This document shows, in pieces, positions 39,993 to 54,490 of a stretch of DNA of 64,000 nt (positions are counted from its first letter, which is position 1; each line of letters begins with the position of its first letter). The position numbers and the translations under genes were made by a program. The notes beneath the pieces were generated by a model. It was given only the letters and a program-made list of their open reading frames with translations, was not told the origin of the DNA and searched no databases. The stretch comes from Octopus sinensis (Eukaryota), in NCBI RefSeq assembly GCF_006345805.1, contig NC_043008.1, positions 2,232,001 to 2,296,000 on the forward strand, written 5' to 3'.

Positions 39993-40994
39993 ATTCTGTC
40001 AATACTACAACATTAGTTCTGACAGATGGCATATACTAAGTAATATTTTGTTTCTATTTGTAGGTAAAAACTAGAAATCTGAGAGGAACAACAAGTCCAT
40101 TTTTACAAAATTTGTGCTATACTTGCACTCATTGTATCGAGTTCGAGAGGATGATATCCAACGTCGATTTGAGTGGAATTTGAACTCAGAAAATAAAGCG
40201 ACAGAGGAAATGTCCGAAAGCATTTCATCCTCTGTCGTACGATTGCGCCATTTTATCGCCTTAAATTATATCTCAGTAATAATAATTCAAGCCCAAAAAC
40301 TTAACTGGAATTACTAGCTGGTCTACCACCGCTCACAATTTAATCCATCAAACATCGTGCGTATTTGGGTTGATACACTTTTTACATCTGAGAATTTTTC
40401 CACCCTACCCCGCCCCACAAAATGTATTACATTACTTATCCGCAATTGGACAATATTTCAATACGGTATATTTACAAATTTCTGCCTTATTTTCTTTCTT
40501 ACTCTCCTCCCTCTTTCTCCCATTCCCCTTCTCTCTCTACCCCTGTCTCTGATTTTCTTTCTGTCTCTAGAAGTGTTAAGAGAGTGTTGAGATAGAGGTG
40601 GTAATGATCACGGTGAAACGGAAAATGCTCTTGGTGAAGCGGGATGCGATAATATGTTGGAGAAGGAAGTTGAAATAATTAAAGAAAGAACTAAAGAATG
40701 AATGAATGAAACAAAGAAAGAAAGAACAAAAGAAATGTAAAACAGAAATGAAGAAGAAAAAGTTACGGAAAAAGAAAACAAAGTCGGGAAATTTCTTCAA
40801 ATTTTTGGATTTCCAATCGTCACGGGAAATCAGATCAGTAGAAAAATGTATTTGTTTGCGACATTCGAATTTATCCGACGAAGGCCACGGCTTATTTTCT
40901 TGGATGCCTGATTTTCTACATTGATATTCTAAAAAGATTGTAGAATTTCTTTTCCAATCATTTAAGATATTGTCTTCAAATGAGAAATGATCTT

Positions 40995-41027
40995 TATGAC
41001 AAAATAATAATAATAATGATAATAATG

Positions 41028-41087
<60 letters not shown>
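40995..41087. repeat. (AAT)n microsatellite
   Basis: Direct tandem; source of the poly-Tyr ORF. Confidence 0.95.
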
Positions 41088-41089
<2 letters not shown>

Positions 41090-41450
41090 CTGCTAATATT
41101 CTGTTGAAAATGTCAAAGCACCGTTTTCTGAATGTTGTGTGACAGAAGATAAAGGAATTACAGTTTTCTCTCATACAAACGTTGCGAATTTAAAAGAAGT
41201 TCGTCAGTTCTTTTGGTTAACTATGTGTCAGAACTTTTCGAATTATGCGGATCAAATCAGTCGAATGACACAGAAAAAGGCAAATGTTAATAATGTAAGT
41301 CAAATGATGTAATCGGTTGTAAGTACAGACGTATTTATACTTATGGTTATATGCGTAGATGCGTGTGCTTAGTACAAACAAATACCCTCACAAGTAGATG
41401 TTGAAATATGCATGTATATGTTATATATATATATATATATATATATATAA

Positions 41451-41478
41451 CTAGAAATAAGGGTGTCTGAGAGACACC
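41451..41478 (-). mobile_element. Helitron-like 3' terminus
   Basis: Minus strand reads GGTGTCT-CTC-AGACACC (perfect 7-bp hairpin), 8-nt spacer, CTAG, then T of a (TA)n tract. The 5' end was not located. Confidence 0.45.
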
Positions 41479-43077
41479 ACCATGCCGAAATAACTGTCAA
41501 ATACCTGACTCTAAAAACCACGTTAACTGTTCATATCGCATCATATCGTATATGTAAGTATAACGTTTGTTCTGCATATATGTATTTGTAGTTGTGTGCT
41601 CTAATATATTCAACTGATGACGGCAAAGCTTATTTAAAGCAAAGCTAGAAATCCAGAATCTTGAATTATTCAGTAATATCTTTTTGCTAATCTATTTTGC
41701 CTTTCTGTCTTATCTCATGGTGCGATATGAACATTTAACGTGGTTTTTAGATATTATCCTTATTTATAAATATATAGATAAATATATATATTACTCAATT
41801 ACTCAACAATATCCATGAAGCCTTCACAGCGTGTAAACATATTCTTCCACACTTTTAAATTCTTCTATAAATCCATGTGTAAACGTTTCCCTCATACATA
41901 ACGTTTACCTATATACCTCCATATTCGTTATTGTTTACCCATGTATATCTTTTCTATTGGCACCTTACAAGGTAACTGTTAATTCTTGACTTTATTTTTA
42001 AAACATTAATCTAGATCTCCTAGCCTTAAGTTGTAACATTTATTGCTAAATTATTTAACATTTAACTGGTCTCTCGTATTCACACCTAATTATACATTCA
42101 TCCTTTAAGATAGTAATACGCCCAGAGCTTGGAATATATCTATAACCACTGACCGTAGCCATAAAACAAACACAAATACTTACTCCCTGACTTCCTGCTC
42201 CAACTCCCAGATAATTGAGAAAGCGTTGGCATCTACTATCCGCTTCATATCCTTTCAATGACTTTAAATTTATTTTATTTTATTTTTATATTTTTTACTG
42301 TATCCACCTTTACCTTCCTCCCCTCTCCTTTTATCTCTACCCTTATTTCTCCTTGTATATTTCTTTATTTAACTTCTTGTTTATTCTTGTACATTATATT
42401 TTTATAATTTTTATTTTAATCTTCCTACCAATCTTCGCCAATGACCTGTCAATTACGTTCCTCCTCCTCTCTCTATCCCTCTGGTACCCTACCAATAATT
42501 CTCTATCTTTTATTTTTCTTTCTCACCAATACCTACTTCTGCTATCATTCTCTTACAAACCATCAATATGGTCGTGACACTCTCTGGATATTTTATACTG
42601 TGAAAAATCTAATCATACCTGGATTTACCTAATATTCTACCTCAAAACTTATGGTCCAATATCCAAACTATCGGAAAGTTGAACTCTGAATTTTATCTTT
42701 ATATTTTCTTTTTTACTTCATTTCTTTATTTCTTTATTTCTCCATCTCATTATTTAATTGTTTCCCTAATGTATACCCTTCACATTTTCTATTTTCCTCT
42801 CCGAAGATGGGTTAATCCATATTTTCAGATATCCCAGAAACAGCTGTAAGACTTTAATTTTTTTAGTACTAATAATGTTTATGACTTGCAATGTTTGTCT
42901 TGCCTTAACGTTTGTTGCCCGCTTTAACAAATATATATCTGCAATATTGGAAACCTAAAATGGTTCCATATCTCCTGTCTCGATTACGAGTTTGGAGCTC
43001 TGGTAATCCGTTACAGCACCTACTCAGCGTACTTATTCGTTTAGATCACCTATGAGCAAAACCCACACATTATACAG

Positions 43078-43109
43078 ATTGATTGATAGATAGATAGATA
43101 GACAGAAAG

Positions 43110-43174
<65 letters not shown>

Positions 43175-43343
43175 GATAGATAGATAGATAGACAGATAGA
43201 TAGATAGATAGATAAATAGATATATAGATAGATAGATAGATAGATAGGCAGATAGATAGATAGATAGATAGATGGATAGATAGATAGATAGATTGATAGA
43301 TAGATAGACAGATATATAGATAGATAAATAGATAGATAGATAT

Positions 43344-43388
<45 letters not shown>

Positions 43389-43413
43389 CAGACAGATAGA
43401 TAGATAAATAGAT
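43078..43413. repeat. (GATA)n microsatellite
   Basis: Direct tandem of ~330 bp. Confidence 0.95.
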
Positions 43414-46400
43414 GTTACGTAACATATGTTATAATTGTCTCTATACATCCCGTCGTTATCAAGGGCGTATGAACACTGAAATCTCCATACTATATCATGG
43501 GTAAATTAATCACCAGCTAATCCTGACGGAGGAAGCATGTTGCACGCGATATATTTGCCTATGGCTATTGACCAGGTATGTTTACCGAAAACTCTTCGAA
43601 CCAATCAGAATATCAATAGTTTCCTCTGCTTTTCTGAATATTTATTTATTGTTATTGTAAGTTGTATCCGTCGCATAAAAGCATTTAACACTATTTCAAA
43701 ATTTAGTAAAGTCCGATTATAGGTTATTATAACAATGTCCTAAATTTCATTTACCGTTGGGCTCGTGGAAGCGTGTGACATCTCTTCTCAGCCTGTATTC
43801 TTCACAGTTATCAAAATAATCTCAACTGGAGCTGAACAAGCTTATGTGTTGAACATAAAAATTCATAAATATATAAAGTATTGTTAGAACTGATTGAAGA
43901 TTCAAAAGAGTCTTTGAACTTGGGCCGGCTTCTGAATAAAATGCAGATGATATAATATTAGCAATTCATTATTTAATAGACATTACTCCTACGAGAGCCA
44001 CAATATTTCTCTTTATGGTTAATAACCTGTTTGGTAAACGTGTTTTTTGTCAATACACATTGTTTAATTATTTTATAAGAACAGACATTGATACCATAAA
44101 CAGTGGAATGAAACGAGGTTTCGCTATTTCCGATTTGAATTTTGAATCTGAAAGATCTATTCGTCTAAACTTTGTGTTAAACATCAGTTCATCATTGATT
44201 TAAACATGAAACGAGAAGAATTCCTTTCAAATGAATCGTTTTTAATAATATTTAGAAATATATTTTATATAGTGTGATCCATTCTTCATTAGAGATTGAG
44301 GGGTTTTAGTAAGTACAAATAGGCTGACGAAATGTTTTGACATTTGTACGCTGGTGTGTTCCTTCTGTTTCCAGTCTATCTATGGCTCCTTCTAACCGGT
44401 CTAGCGGTTTACCTATTTGTCTATCATTCAGTAATTATATATACACAGTCACATATGAGAGAGAGGGGGGGATCAGTAACACAGTGCTAAGAAGAGTGAA
44501 AGAGCGACAAGAGATACGTAAATGTATTGCAAAGCAACTCTGTATCAAATGTTATGCAATAATATTTGCATTATGTTCGTGATTTTGCGGTTAGTTTGAC
44601 ATAGAACCTTGAAAATTAAATACCCCGCATCACTTGAATTATTCAAAACTCTAAATGCGTCAACACGTTAAGTGTAATGCTAGTGTTAAATTCTTGTTTT
44701 TGGCCCAAGACTAATCATGGCAAATCAACAATACAAGTCATTGATTGAATAACGTAGCGTGGACAGGATTTGATTTTCGTTAGATATTGTTGCTAAGCCT
44801 AATAGAGGAAAACGTGTAAATATCCGGCTTGATTCAGAATGATACCATGGGGCATAGGCTGCATTTGAATCATTAACGAATCTCAGTATAAGTACGCTTC
44901 ATTCACAACAGAATAGAATATAATGCTTAATGGAACAGAATCTTAGCTGTATGTTTAACTCAATCAATTTTACTTATGAAATGAAGTCCTTTAATATTGG
45001 GGTTTAACATACAATTGATATCCTCACCCTGGTTATTATAAACATATTCATTTATGAATTATTCGACGTTGTATTCAAATGAAAAGTAAAATGAATCGAT
45101 ATTATTCAATCAAAGAGGCAATCTATTTGGCCTCTTGGCTTCTAAATTGCATGCCAGCTTTAATGAGTTTATGCCTTGGCAGATTTAAGTTCTCAAATCA
45201 CATCCTTAATAATGTGAAATTGTTGAACCCATGACTGTATTGTTATAACTACTGAATTGATTTAGGCCGGTAAATGATTTGAAGTTTCTCTTCTTGTTAG
45301 TGCTGAATGCTGAGCGAGAACAATCATATAATCAGGTCATTTAAGATTACTTACTTAAATGTGATAAAACCTCTCACTTTCTAAACAAAGTTTACCAGTA
45401 ACAAAGCATTCAATTCAATGAATAATTACAGTAAATTAGATTTATGAACATTTGATCTGCGTCGTTAAAAATACGTTCAAGCCTGTTCCTTCTCCGTTCA
45501 GTTTTCTTCACTTACAGGATCCTGTATATTACACCATTTCTTATGGTCTTCATAAGTGCTATTAAATAAAGGTGATTTATATGGCAGAGACGGAAAAGAA
45601 TCGGTCAAAATAATACTCAGTATGCTTCCGGCATATTATGGTCTCGATTCAAATCCTGACGCGGTCACATTTGACTTTCATCCAAGCTGTGCCGATGTAA
45701 CTTCAAATACTAGATTAGATCTAATCAATTAATAATGTCCCCGAACAATTCAGCTACGTACCTAACTCACTTCCAAAAAGTTGTCATCATTTTTAGAGGA
45801 ATAATTGGCGTCGGAAATTGGTTTGTAGTGCTTTTCCTAGATTTTTATTATCTGAGTTCAAATACTGCTGCGGTAAACTCTGATTTCATGCGTTTGAGGT
45901 TGATATAATAATGCATCAGTCGAGTAATGAGAAAAATATGTCAACTAACACATCCCTAACAAAATGCCAAAGAATTAAAGAAATTGACACATTCCATCAA
46001 ATCCAGCCCCACTTTCTTATGCCTCTGTCCCTTGATCACAATGTCAGTACTGCTCTTTGCGGTGAAGTATTCTGACCTTATGTCCATTGTGTCTCCAGTC
46101 ACAATTCGCTTTCTTTACATCATACTATTCATCTGGTTTTGCAGCTGTACAGAGAATTATTGCAGCTAATGTCGAACTTTACGTCCTTGGTATTGATTGA
46201 TTGAGAACAGATTTGAACTGTATTGAACAAGACTGCGCTATCCAATGTAACTTTTCTTTTTAAATATGATATACACACATGTGGGGTAGATGTAGCAGCT
46301 ATTCACAAAAGTTCCTACCTAATCATACAAGCTACACCATATTCTTGAACACTTTCGAGGAAGGAAAGTTGGTAATTTTGGTTTTCCTTTTTCCAGATAT

Positions 46401-46544
46401 ACGGAGATATTTTATATATGACATTGAAATATTTTAGCAATTTTTATGTAAAACATTTTTTAACTCATAGTAAGTAATATGTCTGGATTATATATCGATG
46501 ATGCGCTCGGTAGTGAAGTGAAAGCACGCTATAAAAATAGAACT

Positions 46545-46851
<307 letters not shown>

Positions 46852-48914
46852 TATTATGAAAAAAATGCTATGCAATTTCTACGCTGAATGTATAGATTGG
46901 TAAACTCTGAGATTATTGCTACGTGATCTCGCCACGAACTGAGAGTTAACGCTTCTCTGTATACACTTCTGCATTCAAGCAATTTATACCAGGAGCAAGT
47001 TTAAGTGAAACACTTTCTCATTGATCGGTGTATTTAGGTTTCCAATTATACAAGAAACACTATCCAGAGCATGATAATAATGGTGCCTCTGTGAGTGTAT
47101 ATATACCGTATTGCCTGGGTGCACACGCCTATGAATTTACATATGGCTATAAATAGATTCATGAGTGAACCTTAGACCCGATTATGGAGATTCAACAGCT
47201 TTTCACTTTGTCATTCTGTAGGTTGTAGGTTGTCATATATTTTCGATTTCCACAGTATTTTTGAGTATTTTAAGCCTCGTGAGAATAGATAACAGAACTT
47301 GTAAAATAATGGATGTGAATTTTAGGAAGAACTAAGAACACATTTTGCGACGCCAGAAAATAAATAAACAAATAAAAAATAAAAATAAGTCAACCGAAAG
47401 CAAATGAATAAATAATGAACTCGGAATGATTCCTACTGTTGGCTATTGAGACAGTATTCTTACTCGGCAGTCTACGACTATTTATCAAATAGTGTTAAAA
47501 GATATTGCTGGTGTGTCTCGACGATGTATACGTAATAATAAATTTATATATAATTTATAATCAACGCTAGCGTTCTAATCGCTGTAAATCACACGTACGC
47601 AATGTACATACTTTGCTCGTTTCAAGGTAGGCTGCTGTTAGCGCGGTGGGAATAACTCTCAAGTCACTTGCTCAGATATATGTGATATTTGTAAGCCACA
47701 AAAAGGGCAAAACATCAATGTTCATCACTCTTGAAGTGTATGTTTGGGGCGAGTTATCTCGCCTGTCAATATCTTTCAGGTATTTTGAACCCGACGCAGT
47801 GAAGGAGGCGTTCCCACCACGCTAAATTGCAGCGTATGAGGAAATATATCACGGATATTGAGAATGTATGGTCGATTATGCTCACAGCTCAAGTGCTGCT
47901 TCTATCTTATACTTGATTATATTCTTTGTTTGCATCGCCAGAGCACACCAGCAAATTAGTTTTACACTATTTGTAAATAATCATAGACTGAAGATTCAGT
48001 TCACCTTTTCATGTCTTTTCAGGTGCATTACATTGATATGCCACAAAAACTAGCGAAACATAGATGTCCACCGATCCTGAATGTTATCTTGGGCGAGATG
48101 TCTTCACCATCTATGATTTTTATGTGTTTTAACATCAGCCGTTTTGAGGAAGTGGACCCGTCGGGCTAAATTGCAACCAACCTAACGGCCAACAATGGTG
48201 TGTGATTTTTTTTTTCTACATCAGGCAGATGAAATTATGTGCCTGTAATCTCTTTTTGTTACTGAACGTTTTAAGGCTACAGAAAGCAGAAAATGCTGTT
48301 CGATCTATTGTGCAGTTCCCACTGGGAGGATGGTACTCATTTTTATCCGATTTTTCATTATCAGAGGGAAATGCAGATTTGTGGTTGTGGAAACGAACGA
48401 CTCGGGACGCTCATGGAAACCAAGGTCTAAATATCAAGAAGATAATCCTCCAAACTTCCAGGAACCATGACTTCGACAAATGTATAAATCAAAAGTACAA
48501 TAAATTTGATATTTTGCTTTTCTTTTTTCGAATTAGTAACTGAAGAAAATAGGATGTAATTCAATTCCCAACGAATAAAGAAGGAAACTAACATCTATTC
48601 TGTAATCTAAAAATAAATTTGCCCGGATCAAGACGAAGATACGCCTTCTGCAAATGTGACATATGTCTGAGAGAGAATGAAATTTCCAGAAAAAACTCTT
48701 AAATGATTGGCGTTATAATACATGATGATGGCAACGGTGAGCAGGTGCCTAGCTTCAGATTTATTTGAAAACATTTATAATACATAAGTTTAAAAAATAT
48801 ATTACAGCTGATAAGAATAGAGAATCGTATAAAATGGTGCCAATCAACGTCTAACAAGAATTTCTTTACCAATTATTCCAAACATTCATGCATACATGCA
48901 CAAACAGATACATA

Positions 48915-48933
48915 TACACACACGTATGTATAT

Positions 48934-48988
<55 letters not shown>

Positions 48989-49041
48989 TATATATACACA
49001 CATTAAAATACACATATATATATATACATTCATATAATACA

Positions 49042-49096
<55 letters not shown>

Positions 49097-49132
49097 TAAA
49101 ATACACATATATATATATACATGTATATATAT

Positions 49133-49205
<73 letters not shown>

Positions 49206-49230
49206 CATACATACATACATATATATGTAT
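48915..49230. repeat. Interrupted (TA)n with an internally duplicated cacacattaaaatacac module
   Basis: Direct tandem; module present at ~48996 and ~49089. Confidence 0.9.
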
Positions 49231-49760
49231 ATGTAGAAAGTGAGAGACCGAGCGAGAGAGAGAGACGTTGAAAATTAGATAGAGATATATCCGTGTGCGC
49301 GCACATAGTCACATGCATATATGCATATATAAAAATGTATACAAGCATGAATATATATGTGCATGGGTGTGTGTTATGCGCGTGTGTATGTATATATATA
49401 TATTTGATACTTCAAGAAAATCAATATATATTACAATCAACGTAAACACAAACGCGCACATTCAAACAAAAAGCAAGTTCTCAAGTACAAACGCACGTCG
49501 TAAAGTCGGTTGTTTCAAACTTTTATACGTATTTGTTATTGAAAATACTTTTTCACTCTGATATCAGGTTTTCTTTCTCTCTATTTTCTGACTCTATCTA
49601 TAACAATCTCTTCCTCTTCTCTCATATCTCTCGCTTTTCCTTTTTTAAGAAATACAAAATCAGTTTTTAACGTATGCGGTATCGAACATAGTGTCATCAT
49701 ATTTTAACTTGATACACAGATGCGAATTACCACTCATTAGCGCGAACACGTGTACTGTTC

Positions 49761-49799
<39 letters not shown>

Positions 49800-50637
49800 T
49801 AGTTTTTGTCAAATTATTATATGAGTAATATCCGTGTGCAGACATTTGATAATTTGGTATGCATATATGTATTTGTTTGTAAATACATGTATGATTTATA
49901 TTTATCTATATATGGATGCGTTTATCTATGCATTTAAAGATATACATTTATGTAAATATGTTTCCCGTATTGTCTGTGCACTTGTGACGCATAATTCTAT
50001 ATTTTAACACGAGTAATGTAATCAAGCGAGATACACTCTACGGCTGACAGCGAAAGCAAACTAGTTGCAATATTACATTATAGCACATAAAATGTATGTT
50101 AATACGTATTCAGTATATTTTCTTCGTAGGTTAATTAAATAACACTCTTTATTCCACCTGCGTGTGATATGAAGACTGTAGGCGCGTCTTATGAAGGAAG
50201 ATATTGTGAGTGCATACACATAATGTTAAATATGTAAGCTAAAAGCTTCACTAACGATAATAATTTCCCAGGTGTCATACGATAAAGACATTTGTTTAAG
50301 TATGAGTTAATACGAGGACATATGAACTTTTGGATACATGAACAAACGAAGACAGTATGTGTTACGAAAGCTTGCTCCACAGGAAATTGGGTGACAATTA
50401 ACAAATGAATATGTAGAAGATATGGTACAAAATGAATAATAATTGTTAAGGAATGAAGCTAAGTTTCATGAATAATACGTTGCGGGATCAAAGTAGTTGA
50501 CTATCTTTCGTAAAGTAGTTGTAATATAACTTCAAGAGAGTCAATTACTTCTAGAAAAATTAGTAGTTTTACAGTGACATAAGCGGTTACATATATAGAT
50601 AGACACATACGCATACGCACACCAGCGGATGCATACA

Positions 50638-50935
50638 TCTACTATAGCCAAGGGCCGACCAAAGCCTTGTGAATGGACTTGGTAGATAGAAACTTAAAGA
50701 AGCCCGTCGTATATATGTATATATATATATGATTGTGTGTCTGTGTTCGTCCCCCTAACATCGCCTGGCAACCAATGCTGATGTGTTTATATACCTGTAA
50801 CTTAGCATTTCAGCAAAATACCCCAATTAAATACTTACTAGGCTTACGAAGAATAAATCCTGGGGTCGATTTGTTCGACTAAAGGTAGTGATCCTAGTAT
50901 TGCTGCCGTCAATCACTGAAACAAGTAAAGGGATA
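50638..50935 (+). mobile_element. SINE family A, 5'-truncated
   Basis: actatagcc..gccttgtgaatggacttggtag..ggggtcgatttgttcgactaaagg..ctgaaacaagtaaa. Confidence 0.88.
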
Positions 50936-51825
50936 AAAGAATATTTAGAGATGAATGCGTTGAAAAACCTTCAGAGAAAGGGGAGATAAATGGCATTACA
51001 ACAAACAATCCGTCAAAGAAAGAAAATAACAAGAATTTGAAAATATTCATTGTAATAACAGTCCATGATTAATTAAAGAAGCGAGGTATGTGGTTAATTT
51101 CAATAATGATTTTTATAGAAATGAAAACAGTTAATAGAGTGAAGCATGTAAATATTTCACTATGCCTAAGGCTGAACATAGAATAAGAAATATTCACTGG
51201 TCGATTAGCGCCTGACGCGTGAATATATAAATTTTGACCACAAGCATATGAAGATCTGTATTATAGTCCTGAACACAAAAGAAAATTATTTAATAATATA
51301 TCAGCAAATGTTTGCAGATTTTAGAAATGAAGACGTGATTATAAAGATCTTGTGAACAATTTGAAAAAGTTTTAATTTGAGGATGCTGTAATTTATTCAA
51401 TACAATACAATCACACACGCACACACACACACACACATATATATAAAATTTCCATGTATGTTATTTTATAATAATTACTGGTATTCTTATATATTAATAT
51501 ATTTTATATCTTATATGTAAAGCATAATATATAATACATGTATATATATTCTTGTAATTGTCAGTTTTGTAAATAAATAAATAAGTTAACATAATATAAT
51601 GTCTAAAAGTTGATGAACCACCTATTGATCCCCTCCATTTTCTTATTGCCATATATATATATATTTGTCACTAAATCTCAGAGGGCCGTTAATAAACACT
51701 TAGATTGCTGCATGTTAAAATGTAAAAAGGGTTCTAATGCTGTAGCTAAGGCTTTTCAATCAAAATATATACACCAACAGGGATCATAGTTGTTCGAGAA
51801 AATTCTAATGCGGAATATTTGAGAC

Positions 51826-51840
51826 TGACGTCATTTCCGG
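51826..51840. promoter_or_regulatory. Candidate CRE-ETS composite site
   Basis: TGACGTCATTTCCGG (reverse complement CCGGAAATGACGTCA) in non-repetitive DNA; E-box CACCTG about 45 bp downstream. Confidence 0.3.
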
Positions 51841-52211
51841 AGATTTTCGTTGCCTCATCAATTAAGCCAGCTCAGTTTTCCGCTGCACCTGTTTCTCAAT
51901 TACTATTTATGTTTTCGTCATCAAAATTAATGGATGGTTTAGCGATTTGTTAAAGTGTATAAACGAAATAAATATGCACAGCAGCCTGCAATGTTTCACC
52001 ATTAATTTGGATAACGAAAGCAAATCTTAAGAGATAAACAGGTCCGTGTAAAGCTGAACACTGAGCTGGCTTAAATGATGAGGTAACGGAAACTGCTGAA
52101 ACTGGCGTCAGTCTTATGCACTCTCTGAAGGCAATTCTTACCACACTAAGTCACACTTAGGGACAATTATAATGCTCCTGTTTGGTTAAAAATTGCAAGC
52201 TATTTATTCTT

Positions 52212-52507
52212 TTATTCTTTTACTTGTTTCAGTCATTTGACTGCGGTCATGCTGGAGCACCGCCTTTAGTCGATAAAATCGCCCCCAGTACTTATTCTTT
52301 CTAAGCCTAGTAGTTATATCGGAATCGCCGAACCGCTAAGTGACGGGGACGTAAACACACCAGCATCGGTTGTCAAGTGATGTTGGAGGAAGAAACACAA
52401 ACACACAAACATATACATACATGTAAACACACACACACACATATATATATATACATACGGCGGGCTTCTTTTATTTTCCGTTTACCAAATCCACTCACAA
52501 GGCTTGC
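52212..52507 (-). mobile_element. SINE family A, 5'-truncated
   Basis: ttttacttgtttcagtcatttgactgcgg..ccactcacaaggctt, the reverse complement of family A. Confidence 0.88.
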
Positions 52508-52517
52508 TGAAGGGGTA

Positions 52518-52561
<44 letters not shown>

Positions 52562-54177
52562 ATATATATTATATATATATATATATACACATGGCTTAAA
52601 TTTAGAATTAAAGAATTAAGGTTTAGAAAGAAGGTATTAAATACAGTATCCAAAGCCTGTTTAAGGGAAAGTCCCATGTAGTCTGGGTGCAGAGCAAGTT
52701 CACCACGTATGGCTACGAGGCGTCCTCAGTGCATCTGTGCGTTTTTGTATATTTTAAATGAGTAATACAGATCACAGGGTGTAACTAGAAGCATTTAGTA
52801 TCACAACAATCATTTCGGCTTCAATCTACACTGGTCTTTAGTGGGCGTTGGACGATGTAATGTTACCCGATGTAACGCATAGTGCAAAATAGCCCCATCA
52901 GCTGAGATACGATGCTTCACAACGAAGCAGATTTGTATTTATTTTCGCTTCTAGTTTTATGCTGATGGTGCGAGTGAAGGAGTTTAAGACTCTTTTGGTA
53001 AAGCGAGGAAGATTTGGTCAAGACGAAAATAAAAAAAAATAATAACACAAAGTGTCTAATATATTAGAGGCCTCGTTTTTCTTTTTATTCCTTTAGTTTC
53101 TTCTTGACCACATCTTCCCCACGGTACTAAATATGTCGGAAATACTGGAATCTCACCATCAGCAAATACTTCGAAGCGAGAATGAAATGTAAATCTGTAC
53201 GTCTTGAAGACTCTTACGTCATCCGATGAGAAACCTTTGCACTGTGGCTGCATCTGGTGCCATTACATCTTCGTACGCCCATTGGGGACCAGTGCAGAAT
53301 ACATGTAATCGTCACTAAATCTCACAAGGCTGTTAATAACGATTGTTCTGATAATAAATTCTTATAGTTACACTGTCTTCTTTATTAATCATGCAATGTG
53401 TGTGTGTGTGGAGTGTATATTGTTTGTGTGTGTACGTGTGTGTGCGCACGCGTGAGCATTAATGTATATTATATACTTATCTCTACATTGCTCTCTTTGT
53501 ACATAAGTATATACACATACACACGCATATACACATACACACACATACACACATACACACGACGAGTATCTTTTAGTTTCTGCCAACCAAATGTGACACG
53601 CTGTATGACTCAACTCGAAACAAAGCCGTTGGAAGCCAAACCCTTGCTGCGCAGCTTCTATCTATCTATCGATCTACCTATATATGTGTGCGCGTGTGTG
53701 TGTGTGTGTGTGTATGTAAGTAAACATACACATATATACAAGTGCATTCATACGTGCACACATATCTGAATATCTACATGGTAACTCAGAAACAGAGGCA
53801 CGTACATACTTGTATATTTTCCTCCTATATCGCATAAACATTCCTGATATTTCTATGATCTACTGTATAAAAATTTCCCGTCGAGTTGTCAAGAAGTCTT
53901 AAAAAAATACTTCATTATCCTCAAAAAAATATATATTTTGGTTTGTGGCCAAATGTCTAATAGTTTTCCTCTTCTTTATTTATGCATTCATTCAGCCGTC
54001 CTACTTCATTTGACTTCTTTTTTTGTGCAATGTCTTTCTCTTTATGTTAGTCTGTTTAATTCTCATTCTGTCTCCGCCTGTCTCTTTCACTTTCTCTCTC
54101 TCGCTTGTCAGCCTATTTATATCCACCCCTACACTCTCCAATTGTCTTTTGTCTTTCCTTCTCATTTTCTTTCAATC

Positions 54178-54342
54178 CTAATCTATCTATCTATATATCT
54201 ATCTATCTATCTATCTATTTATTTATTTATTTACCTATCTATCTAACTATATATCTATGTATCTATCTATCTATTTATCCACCTACCTATCTATATATCT
54301 ATCTATCTATCTATCTATCTATGTATCTATCTATATATCTAT

Positions 54343-54394
<52 letters not shown>

Positions 54395-54490
54395 ATATCT
54401 ATCTATCTATCTATCTATCTACCTACCTACCTATCTATCTATCTATCTATCTATCTATCGATCTATATATCTATCTACCTACCTATCTCT
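54178..54490. repeat. (TATC)n microsatellite
   Basis: Direct tandem; source of ORFs 54105..54620 and others. Confidence 0.95.
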
